Virus record (IMG/VR): IMGVR_UViG_3300021171_000137
Reading direction: 5' to 3' (one strand)
Source of the DNA: an uncultured virus (IMG/VR IMGVR_UViG_3300021171_000137)
Lineage: Duplodnaviria > Heunggongvirae > Uroviricota > Caudoviricetes
DNA length: 20,000 bases
Positions 7,375 to 15,573 of this stretch are shown in pieces (position 1 is the stretch's first letter; every line of letters begins with the position of its first letter). The notes below the pieces were generated by a model, which was not told the origin of the DNA, made no database searches, and was given only the letters and a program-made list of their open reading frames with translations. The translations under genes were made by a program, and so were the position numbers.

Positions 7375-7781
7375 GTCTCGACCTCGCCAGCTCGAGCCCG
7401 ACGCCGCGGGGGCGGTGTCTTGTCGGGTCCTTCGACCTCGACGATCACGCGCCAGCGGTCGTTGCGTTCCTGGTCGTAGCTGAACACCAGGCGCGGATCG
7501 CCGTCATCGATTTTGAGCCAGTCGGCGATCCCGTCGACTACGTTTTTGCAGGCGGCGGGCAGATTGTCGTGACCGTCGAGTCGTGACGGCCCGGTGCGCG
7601 TCAGCCGAATCTGAATCGGACCCATCAAGTCCACCGCCGATAATGGGAAAGGATGCGCTTCGCGCATCCGCAAATACGTTTCGCGACGTTCACGCTTGGC
7701 AATCTTTCCTGCGGCTGCCCAATGCACGCGTTCGTTCAGTTTCGAATGCGTGCGCATTGGGATTACGACTCGGACTTGCAT
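7371..7781 (-). CDS. RusA-like Holliday junction resolvase
   Basis: LD.HDNL..ACKNVVDGIADWLKIDD acidic catalytic pattern; N-terminal S.LN...HW motif. Confidence 0.72.
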   Translation of the reverse strand: MQVRVVIPMRTHSKLNERVHWAAAGKIAKRERRETYLRMREAHPFPLSAVDLMGPIQIRLTRTGPSRLDGHDNLPAACKNVVDGIADWLKIDDGDPRLVFSYDQERNDRWRVIVEVEGPDKTPPPRRRARAGEVET

Positions 7782-7969
7782 GATCCGTCTGCCAACATTC
7801 GTAGCATTATTTCTGCCGCGTTTTCGTTAACCAGCTTGATGGCGGACTGCATCGATTCGCCGGTCATGAACATACAGCGTAGAACCTCCTGACGAAACAG
7901 GATCGGCATCTTTCGGTACTCGGCAAGCGCCTCGTCAGCGATATCAAGCGCATCGGCTGGAATGTTCAT
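7763..7969 (-). CDS. Hypothetical protein
   Basis: ATGA-coupled ORF in the operon. Confidence 0.55.
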   Translation of the reverse strand: MNIPADALDIADEALAEYRKMPILFRQEVLRCMFMTGESMQSAIKLVNENAAEIMLRMLADGSCKSES

Positions 7970-8250
7970 CGTTGCTTCAACTCTAGGATCGAAACCGGGA
8001 TCAGCCGTCGCACGGCATCGATATGCGAAGTGAGAACGCTTTCAATCGCGGCGTTGCCCATCAGGAAGTGACCGGCCAGCCATATTGAGAGCAAGTCTGC
8101 CAGCACTGCGCCCTGGACTAGGGTCGGCTGACCCGCCAGCAGCGGCTTGATCCGTTCGACGATTTGCAGCGCCAACGTCGCGTCGGCGCTGGCATCACGG
8201 ATGGTCCAGTCATCCGGTCCGGAATTCGGATCGATGCTGATCGGGATCAT
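7966..8250 (-). CDS. Hypothetical protein
   Basis: Likely start MIPISID at 8250; QGAVLADLLSIWLAGH helix. Confidence 0.6.
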   Translation of the reverse strand: MIPISIDPNSGPDDWTIRDASADATLALQIVERIKPLLAGQPTLVQGAVLADLLSIWLAGHFLMGNAAIESVLTSHIDAVRRLIPVSILELKQR

Positions 8251-8488
8251 TTTTCGCCGCCTGCCTTTCAGCCCATTCCCGGGCGTGCTTCGGACACAGA
8301 TCCTTTTCGGGCGCTGGTATCGATGTGCAACTACCGCACAAATGTGCATCGCACGTCCCGCTGCGCCGCGCCGGTACTTTCCAATCGCAGGCGCGCGTGG
8401 CGATGTTGCCGCACTCGCAGCGCTGACGGCGCTCGCGAGTACAGAAGATCCCGCCGAGGGTGCCGGTCCTGAATGGATGGCAAGTCAC
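8210..8488 (-). CDS. Cys-rich zinc-finger-like protein
   Basis: CECG...ACDW...TCDAHLCGSC...DLCPKH. Confidence 0.7.
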   Translation of the reverse strand: MTCHPFRTGTLGGIFCTRERRQRCECGNIATRACDWKVPARRSGTCDAHLCGSCTSIPAPEKDLCPKHAREWAERQAAKNDPDQHRSEFRTG

Positions 8489-8736
8489 GCGCGCTCACCC
8501 TGACGGGCCCTGAAATGTCGGCTCAACGGCGATGGCTTTTCGTCCCGGAACGCCCCGAAATGTTCGGCGAGGAATTCCGGCTCGAGCGGGATCCAGTAGA
8601 AACTGAGCAGGGTGCGGTAGCCATTGCCATGCTTGTCGGACAGCGTATATCGGCGCCCGCGCGCGATACTAAACTCGGTTCCTGCCTGATCGCGGAAGGT
8701 GTGAGCCTTGATGCATATGGCGGTGCAGATCATCAT
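8485..8736 (-). CDS. Hypothetical protein
   Basis: Coupled ORF in the operon. Confidence 0.55.
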   Translation of the reverse strand: MMICTAICIKAHTFRDQAGTEFSIARGRRYTLSDKHGNGYRTLLSFYWIPLEPEFLAEHFGAFRDEKPSPLSRHFRARQGERA

Positions 8737-8739
8737 CTG

Positions 8740-9261
8740 TCACGCCGTGGCCTCGATAGGCTCACCGATTTCGACCTGTCGGTTGTCATCGGGCGGTTGC
8801 AGCGAAATCTCGATATCTTCCTGTACCAGATAACACAACTTGCCGCATTGCTGCTCATCGGGCCTGCACTGCACCCGGAACTGCACGTTCACGCTGCCAC
8901 CGTTCATCAATTCGAAGTGGAATCTATCGGCAGATCGAACATCCAGATGCATCGCCGATCGCTCGCTCACGCCGTGATGAACGTAGAGCATGCCGCCGAC
9001 TATCTCCAGTTCCCAGTCGATCGGGGCCATATTCGGAAAGCGCAGTTCAGGCAGCCATCCGGGCTCCAGCTCCAACTGGTCGCGACGATCTGGTTTGCGG
9101 TACAGGCTCGATTTAAGCGCCGGGTCGAACTCGCTCAGAAGATCGTTGGCTGTCAGGAACGAGAACTTCAGATCGGCCACGAGCACCTTTTCGTCGCCAT
9201 GCACTTCTTTGCGTACATTGAAGTGGACTAGCTTCGCCTTTTGATGAACAAGAGTCAGCAT
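8740..9261 (-). CDS. Conserved hypothetical phage protein (beta-rich)
   Basis: AAGGGG SD before ATG 9261; N.RKE.HGDE.V...DLKF, FDPALKSSLY and GGSV...FRVQ motifs recur in proteobacterial phage early regions. Confidence 0.75.
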   Translation of the reverse strand: MLTLVHQKAKLVHFNVRKEVHGDEKVLVADLKFSFLTANDLLSEFDPALKSSLYRKPDRRDQLELEPGWLPELRFPNMAPIDWELEIVGGMLYVHHGVSERSAMHLDVRSADRFHFELMNGGSVNVQFRVQCRPDEQQCGKLCYLVQEDIEISLQPPDDNRQVEIGEPIEATA

Positions 9262-9274
9262 GACGGTTCCCCTT

Positions 9275-9574
9275 TCACCAACTGGATAGTGCATCCATGC
9301 GCTCGAACACGTGGCCTATCGCGTCACCATTTTCGAGCTGGTACGTGCCCACGTAGCGAATGTGCCCGACGTCCTCTGCTAGCACACGCGCGCCGGTGTG
9401 CAAAGTGACCAGGACACGCCTTTCCACTTCGATGTAGGGCGGTTCCTCACCGATCACCCAGATGCAAGGCCGGTCGCGGTGCACCTGTATGCACAGGATT
9501 TTCGCGCCCACCGGCAACATCAAGACTTGACGCGGGTCCCGCTCGATCGGCCATTTGATGATGATCGTGGCCAC
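9275..9574 (-). CDS. Conserved phage protein (DUF7352-like)
   Basis: IIKWPI...LMLPVGAKILCIQ...PCIW...TG...YVGTYQL...HVFE pattern. Confidence 0.7.
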   Translation of the reverse strand: MATIIIKWPIERDPRQVLMLPVGAKILCIQVHRDRPCIWVIGEEPPYIEVERRVLVTLHTGARVLAEDVGHIRYVGTYQLENGDAIGHVFERMDALSSW

Positions 9575-9577
9575 GGG

Positions 9578-9862
9578 TCAGTCCAGATTCGGCACTGTGG
9601 CCGCTGCGGAGCCGGCCACCTGGCTTGCTGATGCGTCGCCAACGGGCGCCGCCTTCGCAGTCTCGCGTGCTTTAGCCTCGTCCCTAGCAGCGCAGAGAAT
9701 GCGGATTACCAGTTTTGCAATCTCGCGCATTTCCAGGTCGTACTGCTCGCGCCGCTCGGCGTCGAATAGTTGCTGGATGAAAGAGCGATCGCCCATGTTG
9801 AACAGCGTCACCATATCCGCCAGCAACGCGAACGGGATAGCCGCGATGCGCCGCAGTCTCAT
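9578..9862 (-). CDS. Hypothetical protein
   Basis: ATGA overlap at 9859-9862 with GGAAGG upstream; MRLRRIAAIPFALLAD. Confidence 0.55.
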   Translation of the reverse strand: MRLRRIAAIPFALLADMVTLFNMGDRSFIQQLFDAERREQYDLEMREIAKLVIRILCAARDEAKARETAKAAPVGDASASQVAGSAAATVPNLD

Positions 9863-10329
9863 GCGCGGCCTTCCATCGCAGCATCGATCGCCTTGTCCAT
9901 TTCCGAATCTGGGGCCATCACGTCGTCGTTCCACTCTGCGAACAGATCGACTTTTCTCCCAAAGCGGGTCGTGTACTTACCACCGGTTCTGCGCAGCCAG
10001 CGGTACCGCATGGCGTCCTGCTCTACCGCCTCTGGTTTTTGCAATGTCAAGACATCGTAGCCGTCCAGATACACACTGAGCCGACGATTTTTAACGACCG
10101 CTGCCAAATGCCGGCGCACTTCGCCCTCACTCCAATCCTCCAGCGTGTAATTCGCGACCCGCGCCGCGGCAAAAGCGAGGGTGATGAGCTTGATGAATGC
10201 CGATAGCCCGACTCGCGTTTCACTGTTCGCTATACCGTCAGAATGCCCAATCATCTGAATGTCGGCCTGCGCCAGCATCAGCAGAGCTTCTTCTCGCGTT
10301 ACTTCCGGGATCAGAGGGGTGATTGTCAT
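9859..10329 (-). CDS. Ead/Ea22-like accessory protein
   Basis: ATGA-coupled start at 10329; C-terminal DAMRYRWLR...DKAIDAAM motif common in Ead/Ea22-type proteins. Confidence 0.6.
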   Translation of the reverse strand: MTITPLIPEVTREEALLMLAQADIQMIGHSDGIANSETRVGLSAFIKLITLAFAAARVANYTLEDWSEGEVRRHLAAVVKNRRLSVYLDGYDVLTLQKPEAVEQDAMRYRWLRRTGGKYTTRFGRKVDLFAEWNDDVMAPDSEMDKAIDAAMEGRA

Positions 10330-10670
10330 TTGGCAAAGTCCCGCACGAGCACGGCCGCGGAAGGCTGCCCGTTCGCATCCAGCCACGCTGCAACTTGCTC
10401 GAGCGTGTCGGTATGGACCTTGTGCGCGTGCCCGTAGGTGAACGTGATTTGGGTCAGAGCTTCGCAGTTCGGGCAGTGCATCGTCGCGCCGGCGGGCTTG
10501 CCGCGACGCTCTTCGATCATTTGCTTGATCGTTCTTGCAGAATTCAGAGCGCCAACGTCGTAGGCCATCTGCATAACGTTTTCGAACCATTCGAAAATCG
10601 TCACGATGCCGGCCGGCATCGCGTGCGTCTGGCGGAAATTGGCGAACCACTTCGCCGCGGCGTCGCTCAT
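10326..10670 (-). CDS. Hypothetical protein with CPNC motif
   Basis: ATGA overlap at 10667-10670; start MSDAAAKWF. Confidence 0.6.
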   Translation of the reverse strand: MSDAAAKWFANFRQTHAMPAGIVTIFEWFENVMQMAYDVGALNSARTIKQMIEERRGKPAGATMHCPNCEALTQITFTYGHAHKVHTDTLEQVAAWLDANGQPSAAVLVRDFAK

Positions 10671-10849
10671 TCTTTGCTCGAGTCTTTTGCCTGCTGGATT
10701 GCTTTGCTGGCGATCCCGGCGATTTCGCCCAGCGCGAAGGTCAGGTGAGGCGATACCTGGGCCCCTTCCGGATATGGATACAGCACCGAGGCAAGATCGT
10801 GGATGGCCTTGAGCAATTTCAAAGAGCGATGTTCTTCGGTTTGGCTCAT
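10667..10849 (-). CDS. Hypothetical protein (60 aa)
   Basis: Coupled ORF; amphipathic helices. Confidence 0.55.
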   Translation of the reverse strand: MSQTEEHRSLKLLKAIHDLASVLYPYPEGAQVSPHLTFALGEIAGIASKAIQQAKDSSKE

Positions 10850-10858
10850 TCGAACAGG

Positions 10859-11020
10859 TCACCCTTGCATGTCGTGTTTTTTGAACCACTCGTCGTGGTA
10901 CTTCTTGAAATCTTCCTCGCTCATGCCTTCCGGCCATTCGAGCCCATCGACAAAGACGCGCATGCGCTCAGACCTCACAATCCTGAACGTGGTCCATCCT
11001 TCTTTTTCGTTCTCGGTCAT
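10859..11020 (-). CDS. Hypothetical protein (53 aa; not in the ORF track)
   Basis: MTENEKEGWTTFRIVRSERMRVFVDGLEWPEGMSEEDFKKYHDEWFKKHDMQG*; ATGA overlap with the ATPase stop. Confidence 0.6.
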   Translation of the reverse strand: MTENEKEGWTTFRIVRSERMRVFVDGLEWPEGMSEEDFKKYHDEWFKKHDMQG

Positions 11021-12825
11021 TCAAACAGTTCCCCGCTGGCGCTGATCGCCGATCGGCCGCCAGTAATGAGGTCCAGTGACCGCAGTCGGCTCAAGACATT
11101 GTCCACGTGTGCGCTGGTGGTCGAATAGCCTGCCCGTTGTGCGATTTCATCACGGGTGAGGCTGCCGGGGTAGGCCTCGAAAACCACCTTCAGGAACGCT
11201 GCTTCAGCGGCGCCCCCGGCCTCGAGCATCCAGTAATCGCGCAGTCTGTCCCCGGATGGGAGCGGTTCGAACTCGCCCAGCGCTGCCAGGCCGGCGTCCG
11301 TGATCCGGATGTCGCCGCGGCGGCCTTCAGCGTAGGCGGCAGCTCGCAGGGAACTCAGCACGTTGTCGACGTGCGCCGACTTGGACGAGTAGCCGGCGAA
11401 AAGGGCCACCTGGTTGCGACTGGTCGCTTTGCCCTGCCGTTGAGCTAGGACCGTCAGGAACTTCCTCTGGGCCGCGTTCAGGGTCGCGCTGGTATGACCA
11501 GCGCCATTGCCGGCGCGCGGTGCTGAGCCCCGTTTTAGCCCCTCTGCGCCGGCAACATGCATGGCATCGAGCGCCTTGCGCATCTGCTTCGACTTGTCGT
11601 CCATCCATGTTGGCGGTTCGCCGCTGACGATCTTCGTGCCAGGCTTGATCCCACGGCCGGTCACCTTCATTCCAGGCTTCAGTGCTCCGGTCGGCGTGGC
11701 CGTCATGGGCCCGATCAGTCGAATAGCGTCCGCGCATTCCTTGCGCACCGCAATGATCAGGGCATTTTCCACGTGCGTGAAAACGCCTTTGGCCACGGCG
11801 AGCGTATCGTGCTCTCCGGCCAGATAGCCTTCGTTGCGCTCGTTATCCAGGTCTTTAAAACTCGGACCCGGCAGCGTCGTGTTTGCCCTAGTCAGTTCCC
11901 GCCGCGCGTTGGCCAGCTCACGCTTAAGGTCCGCGATCGATTGCGCTTCGGCTTCGGCTTCCTTTGGCAGATCGGAGAGCTTCGGCAGCACGGCCACGAT
12001 CGCCGCGGTTGGCTTCGGTGGCGCTCGCAGCGTGCGATCGCCCGCCTTCGGATGCGTGGTCGACACCGGGCCGATCCGCAGCGGCCGCACCTGGGGCGAT
12101 AACGCCGGCCCGAACGCGAAAAACTCGCCAGGGGCGAGCTGCCGCAGCTTGTCCATGGCCTCGCGCGCCGTGAAGCCCAGTTCGTCGGCGGCTCGTTTAA
12201 CGTCGACGTCCAGGCCGGTGCGTCCGACCAGCTTGTTCAGGCACTCGGCGGCCGCGTCTTTGTGCAGCTTGGCCAGCCGTTGCGTTGCAGCAATCAGCGC
12301 GAACCCGCGCTTGCGCCCGCGCGTCGCCAGATCGATCACGGCGCCGGCCGATTCGGCCCTGGCCGACTCCGGACAGAAGACGTGGGCCTCGTCCAGCACG
12401 ATCAGCGCCGGCCGCCACAGCGCCTTTGGCGCATTGACCAATGCCTCCAGGAAGATCCGCACGAAGGCCTGCCGCTCGTGGGCTTTCAAGTCGTAGATGT
12501 CCAGGATGGCAGACACGCCTGTCTCAAGCAGCCGGCGCGCCAGCAGTGCCGCGGTCTTCGGATGCGCCAGCGCGTCCCCGTCGTGCGGAGCGGCGATCAC
12601 GAAGTCGTGCTTTTCCCGCAGAGTCGCGAACTCGCCTTCCGGATCGATGACCAGCTGTTGCACCTGGCCGGCGGTCTGCTCGAGCAGCCGGCGGATCGTC
12701 CAGGACTTTCCTCCGCCGGAATTGCATTGCACCAACATCCGCGTTTCGAGCAGCCGCGGCAGATCGATCGCGACCCCCGACGGTCCTGGCAGGCCGTCTT
12801 CGAAGATGCCCAGCGTCGGTTTCAC
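11017..12825 (-). CDS. HerA/DUF87-like P-loop ATPase with coiled coil and tandem C-terminal winged-helix-like repeats
   Basis: Walker A CNSGGGKS, VIDPEGEF, Walker B LIVLDEAH, RGRKRG arginine finger and ATQR motif, all characteristic of the HerA/FtsK superfamily. Confidence 0.85.
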   Translation of the reverse strand: MKPTLGIFEDGLPGPSGVAIDLPRLLETRMLVQCNSGGGKSWTIRRLLEQTAGQVQQLVIDPEGEFATLREKHDFVIAAPHDGDALAHPKTAALLARRLLETGVSAILDIYDLKAHERQAFVRIFLEALVNAPKALWRPALIVLDEAHVFCPESARAESAGAVIDLATRGRKRGFALIAATQRLAKLHKDAAAECLNKLVGRTGLDVDVKRAADELGFTAREAMDKLRQLAPGEFFAFGPALSPQVRPLRIGPVSTTHPKAGDRTLRAPPKPTAAIVAVLPKLSDLPKEAEAEAQSIADLKRELANARRELTRANTTLPGPSFKDLDNERNEGYLAGEHDTLAVAKGVFTHVENALIIAVRKECADAIRLIGPMTATPTGALKPGMKVTGRGIKPGTKIVSGEPPTWMDDKSKQMRKALDAMHVAGAEGLKRGSAPRAGNGAGHTSATLNAAQRKFLTVLAQRQGKATSRNQVALFAGYSSKSAHVDNVLSSLRAAAYAEGRRGDIRITDAGLAALGEFEPLPSGDRLRDYWMLEAGGAAEAAFLKVVFEAYPGSLTRDEIAQRAGYSTTSAHVDNVLSRLRSLDLITGGRSAISASGELFE

Positions 12826-13661
12826 GTAGGGGCATCCTTCTCAGGCACAAGCGCGGCGGCAAGTTCGCGGATCATTCGTGCTGACTGCCGTAATCTGCTT
12901 CCAGGACCGTTGATAAGACCAGCGCCTTGCTCACGCAGTTCGGCGATCTTGTCGCAGATCAAGGCAGCCTGTTCGATTTTCTCCGCCAGCGCCCGCTCGG
13001 CCTCTAGCCGGTGCGCGATGGCATCCTGCTTATCCTCGATGATGCAGTCGTATTGTCGTTGCAGTTCGGCCAGTTTTTCCGTCAGCGCCGCGTTCCTGTT
13101 GCCAAGAGTGAGAGTCGCATCTTGCAGGCGAACACGTTCGGCCTCGAGCGCTTCGACGCGATCCCGCAAAACCTTGTCACTCTGGTACCAGTCGGCCGTC
13201 TCGTCCTCAAGGCGCTTTATCTTGTCGCGCAGGCCGGCAACGGCAGCCGTGCTCGGACACTCGTTGCGCAGCCGCTCCCAACCATCGTCGCCCTCGGCGA
13301 TGTGCTCGCACGCCTTGACAAGAAGCATCTGAGCGTCCCGCTCCGCTATCAGCGCGGCGGTGTCGGGAGGGAAGGCGCGATCGTTCAGCGCTGCATGTAG
13401 ACGGCTCGTGAGACGTGCTTCCTGCTCTGCGCTGAATTCATGCTGCGGATTCTCGAAGTAGTGCAGCAGATCATTGACCAGCGCGAACCACCAATGCGGC
13501 TCCTGCTGCTGCGCCGTGGCACTATCCGCAAGAATCAAAGCCTGCCAGCCCTTCCCTTCTGGCTGATCCTCTCCCGGCACGCATTCTTCATCGTATTCGG
13601 CGGGTCCGTGCGGAGTCGAAGGTTGCGAGACTCCGCGTATCCATGCACGGATTCGAGTCAC
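12822..13661 (-). CDS. Mosaic coiled-coil accessory protein (Ead/Ea22-like)
   Basis: Long heptad region; IEQAALICD motif; ATGA/GTGA coupling. Confidence 0.65.
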   Translation of the reverse strand: MTRIRAWIRGVSQPSTPHGPAEYDEECVPGEDQPEGKGWQALILADSATAQQQEPHWWFALVNDLLHYFENPQHEFSAEQEARLTSRLHAALNDRAFPPDTAALIAERDAQMLLVKACEHIAEGDDGWERLRNECPSTAAVAGLRDKIKRLEDETADWYQSDKVLRDRVEALEAERVRLQDATLTLGNRNAALTEKLAELQRQYDCIIEDKQDAIAHRLEAERALAEKIEQAALICDKIAELREQGAGLINGPGSRLRQSARMIRELAAALVPEKDAPT

Positions 13662-13903
13662 GGCATCGCCTTCCGTTCTAGTGCCAGAACATCGGCCGAA
13701 TCAACTCGCGTGACGCGGATCTGGACACCGCAGTGCGGGCACGGATCGGCTTCCAGCGTCAGGCCTGAGCGGGCGTAAGTGACTTCGCATTTGGTCCCGG
13801 CCGGAATGATCAGCATGCCGTTGCGCATTTCACGTCGCGTTTCGACGATCATGCCGACCCAGTCATTCACAGGGCGGCCTCGGCGCAGAGGGCGCGTTTT
13901 CAT
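13658..13903 (-). CDS. Hypothetical protein with CPHCG motif
   Basis: ATGA-coupled at both ends. Confidence 0.65.
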   Translation of the reverse strand: MKTRPLRRGRPVNDWVGMIVETRREMRNGMLIIPAGTKCEVTYARSGLTLEADPCPHCGVQIRVTRVDSADVLALERKAMP

Positions 13904-15573
13904 GCAATCCGCAATTGACCCGTGCGTACGATGCCCAGCACTTCTTCGTCGCTTGGCGCACGGCTAAATTCCACGATAAGGTGCGTGTCATCCAAGAAAG
14001 CGACTAACGGCCCCCGGGGACGCTGAATGTTAATGGCGCACAGGGATACGTTTGTCCAGTCCACTGTTGCGACCGCGCCGGAGTGCAGAACTGCGCCACT
14101 TGGCAGCGTCGCTCCGACTCCCGGCGCGCCGGTGTTTGTCACCGACTCTATTGCTGGCGGCGGGGACGCGACGGCGGTGGCCGCGACCTGGATCGCATCG
14201 GCGGCCGCCTGCTTCGCCGCTGCCGCCCGGTCGCGCTCCAGTTCTTCCTGCCGCACCCGCTCCCGGTGCGCCGTCATGCGCGATTCGATGACCAGCACCA
14301 AGTCAGAATTGGCTTTGAGCACGAGCTGGGCCGCGTCGGTGAACAGGAACGCGTGTTCGGGCGCCAGTTCCCGCAGCGTGCCGATGTTGGCCTGGATCGC
14401 ATCGGCCGCGCGGTCGACCTTGATGGTTTGATGCGCCAGATGCGTGCTCACACGGTCGTGCATGCTGGCAATGGACTTCAGGCTTCGGATCGAGCCCGCG
14501 AAGTCTTCCTCGATGGTGGCCAGCTTCGGGCCCGCAGCGCCCTTGGGCCACCAACCGGCGGCGACCTTGGCCAATCGATCATTCATCTGGATCACGTGCT
14601 CGGCGAACGCTTGCTTGCCCTTCTGGACAATGACGAAGCGGATCTGATCGTTACGCGCCTTGATCAGCCTTTCAAGCGACAGGCGCTTGTCGCGCAGATC
14701 GCTGCGGATTTCGTCGACGGTTCGGAACAGTTCGTCGATGCTGGAGGTCTGTGAAAGCGCCTGCCCCTTGACGACTTCGAGCCGGTCTTCACCATCCTTG
14801 CACCAAACGACCGCCTTGCGGGCATCGGCGAAGTCCTGATCGTTTTGCAGATCGGTGCGGATCGAGGCGATGAGGTCATGCGCGGCGTCGCGAAAGGCGG
14901 CCAGGTTCGATGTCAGCACGCGCCCTTCGACCGTTATCAGCAGCGCGGGTAGTTGCTGAATTGACGTGCCCGTCGGCTCGAGCACGATTTCGGGCGGCGT
15001 GTACGCGGCCAAATCGACGTCGAACTGCTTCCAGCCGGCCAGAAGTTCCGCGGCCTCGCCTTCGCGCAGGCTCACCCAGCACCACACCGTGTTCTCGCGC
15101 GTACCGTCGCTGCACATGAAAAGGCACTTTTCGGCGCTGGTGATGTGCAGGCCTTGCGCGACTTGCCAGCGGTGGTACGGCGGGCACTCTCCAGCCTGCA
15201 CTGCGGCGAACAGTTCCCGGTTGTACTGCTTGCATTCCCAGGTGATCCGGCCGTCCATGATGAGGCCGTCCAGGCTGGCCAGCAGATAGCCGTCGTCATC
15301 GGTGACGGTGGCCGGATACAAGGCCTCGCCCAGGATTTCCTCGGCAAGCGGCCGCGCTAGGCGTTCGACAGCGTGCCCGTGTTCGAGCACATTCTTGCGA
15401 AACCAATCGGAGAATTCCTGTTCACTGCCCGTGGCCGTCATGTGCAACAGGTCGGTGCGCTTCACTCGCAGCGATACACCCATCATTGCGGGTGCGACCG
15501 AACCCGTGCGGTGCGTCGTGCCGCGCGCAACGTGCCAGTCGGGCGTGCCCTGAACTACCTCAAGCAGGCGCAT
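13900..15573 (-). CDS. YqaJ-like viral recombinase exonuclease (lambda Exo family) with long helical C-terminal extension
   Basis: QGTPDWH..R...TGS, GH.VE..AR, LLASLDGL, WECK and WQV.Q motifs; start MRLLEVVQG at 15573 with AAGGA SD. Confidence 0.9.
   Translation of the reverse strand: MRLLEVVQGTPDWHVARGTTHRTGSVAPAMMGVSLRVKRTDLLHMTATGSEQEFSDWFRKNVLEHGHAVERLARPLAEEILGEALYPATVTDDDGYLLASLDGLIMDGRITWECKQYNRELFAAVQAGECPPYHRWQVAQGLHITSAEKCLFMCSDGTRENTVWCWVSLREGEAAELLAGWKQFDVDLAAYTPPEIVLEPTGTSIQQLPALLITVEGRVLTSNLAAFRDAAHDLIASIRTDLQNDQDFADARKAVVWCKDGEDRLEVVKGQALSQTSSIDELFRTVDEIRSDLRDKRLSLERLIKARNDQIRFVIVQKGKQAFAEHVIQMNDRLAKVAAGWWPKGAAGPKLATIEEDFAGSIRSLKSIASMHDRVSTHLAHQTIKVDRAADAIQANIGTLRELAPEHAFLFTDAAQLVLKANSDLVLVIESRMTAHRERVRQEELERDRAAAAKQAAADAIQVAATAVASPPPAIESVTNTGAPGVGATLPSGAVLHSGAVATVDWTNVSLCAINIQRPRGPLVAFLDDTHLIVEFSRAPSDEEVLGIVRTGQLRIA

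Noticed and set aside
8473..9231. 252-aa + strand ORF
   Set aside because: It is the antisense shadow of two well-formed coupled minus-strand genes, with no SD or motif; such shadows are common in GC-rich DNA.
11017..12825. HerA-type antiphage defence system (Sir2-HerA, Nezha, DUF4297-HerA)
   Set aside because: There is no adjacent effector gene, and the ATPase is embedded in the phage early operon with similar composition.
12262..13332. 356-aa + strand ORF and other long antisense ORFs (752-1423, 11834-12496, 14083-14754)
   Set aside because: They lie opposite genes with clear family motifs and have Arg/Ser/Ala-biased, non-protein-like composition.
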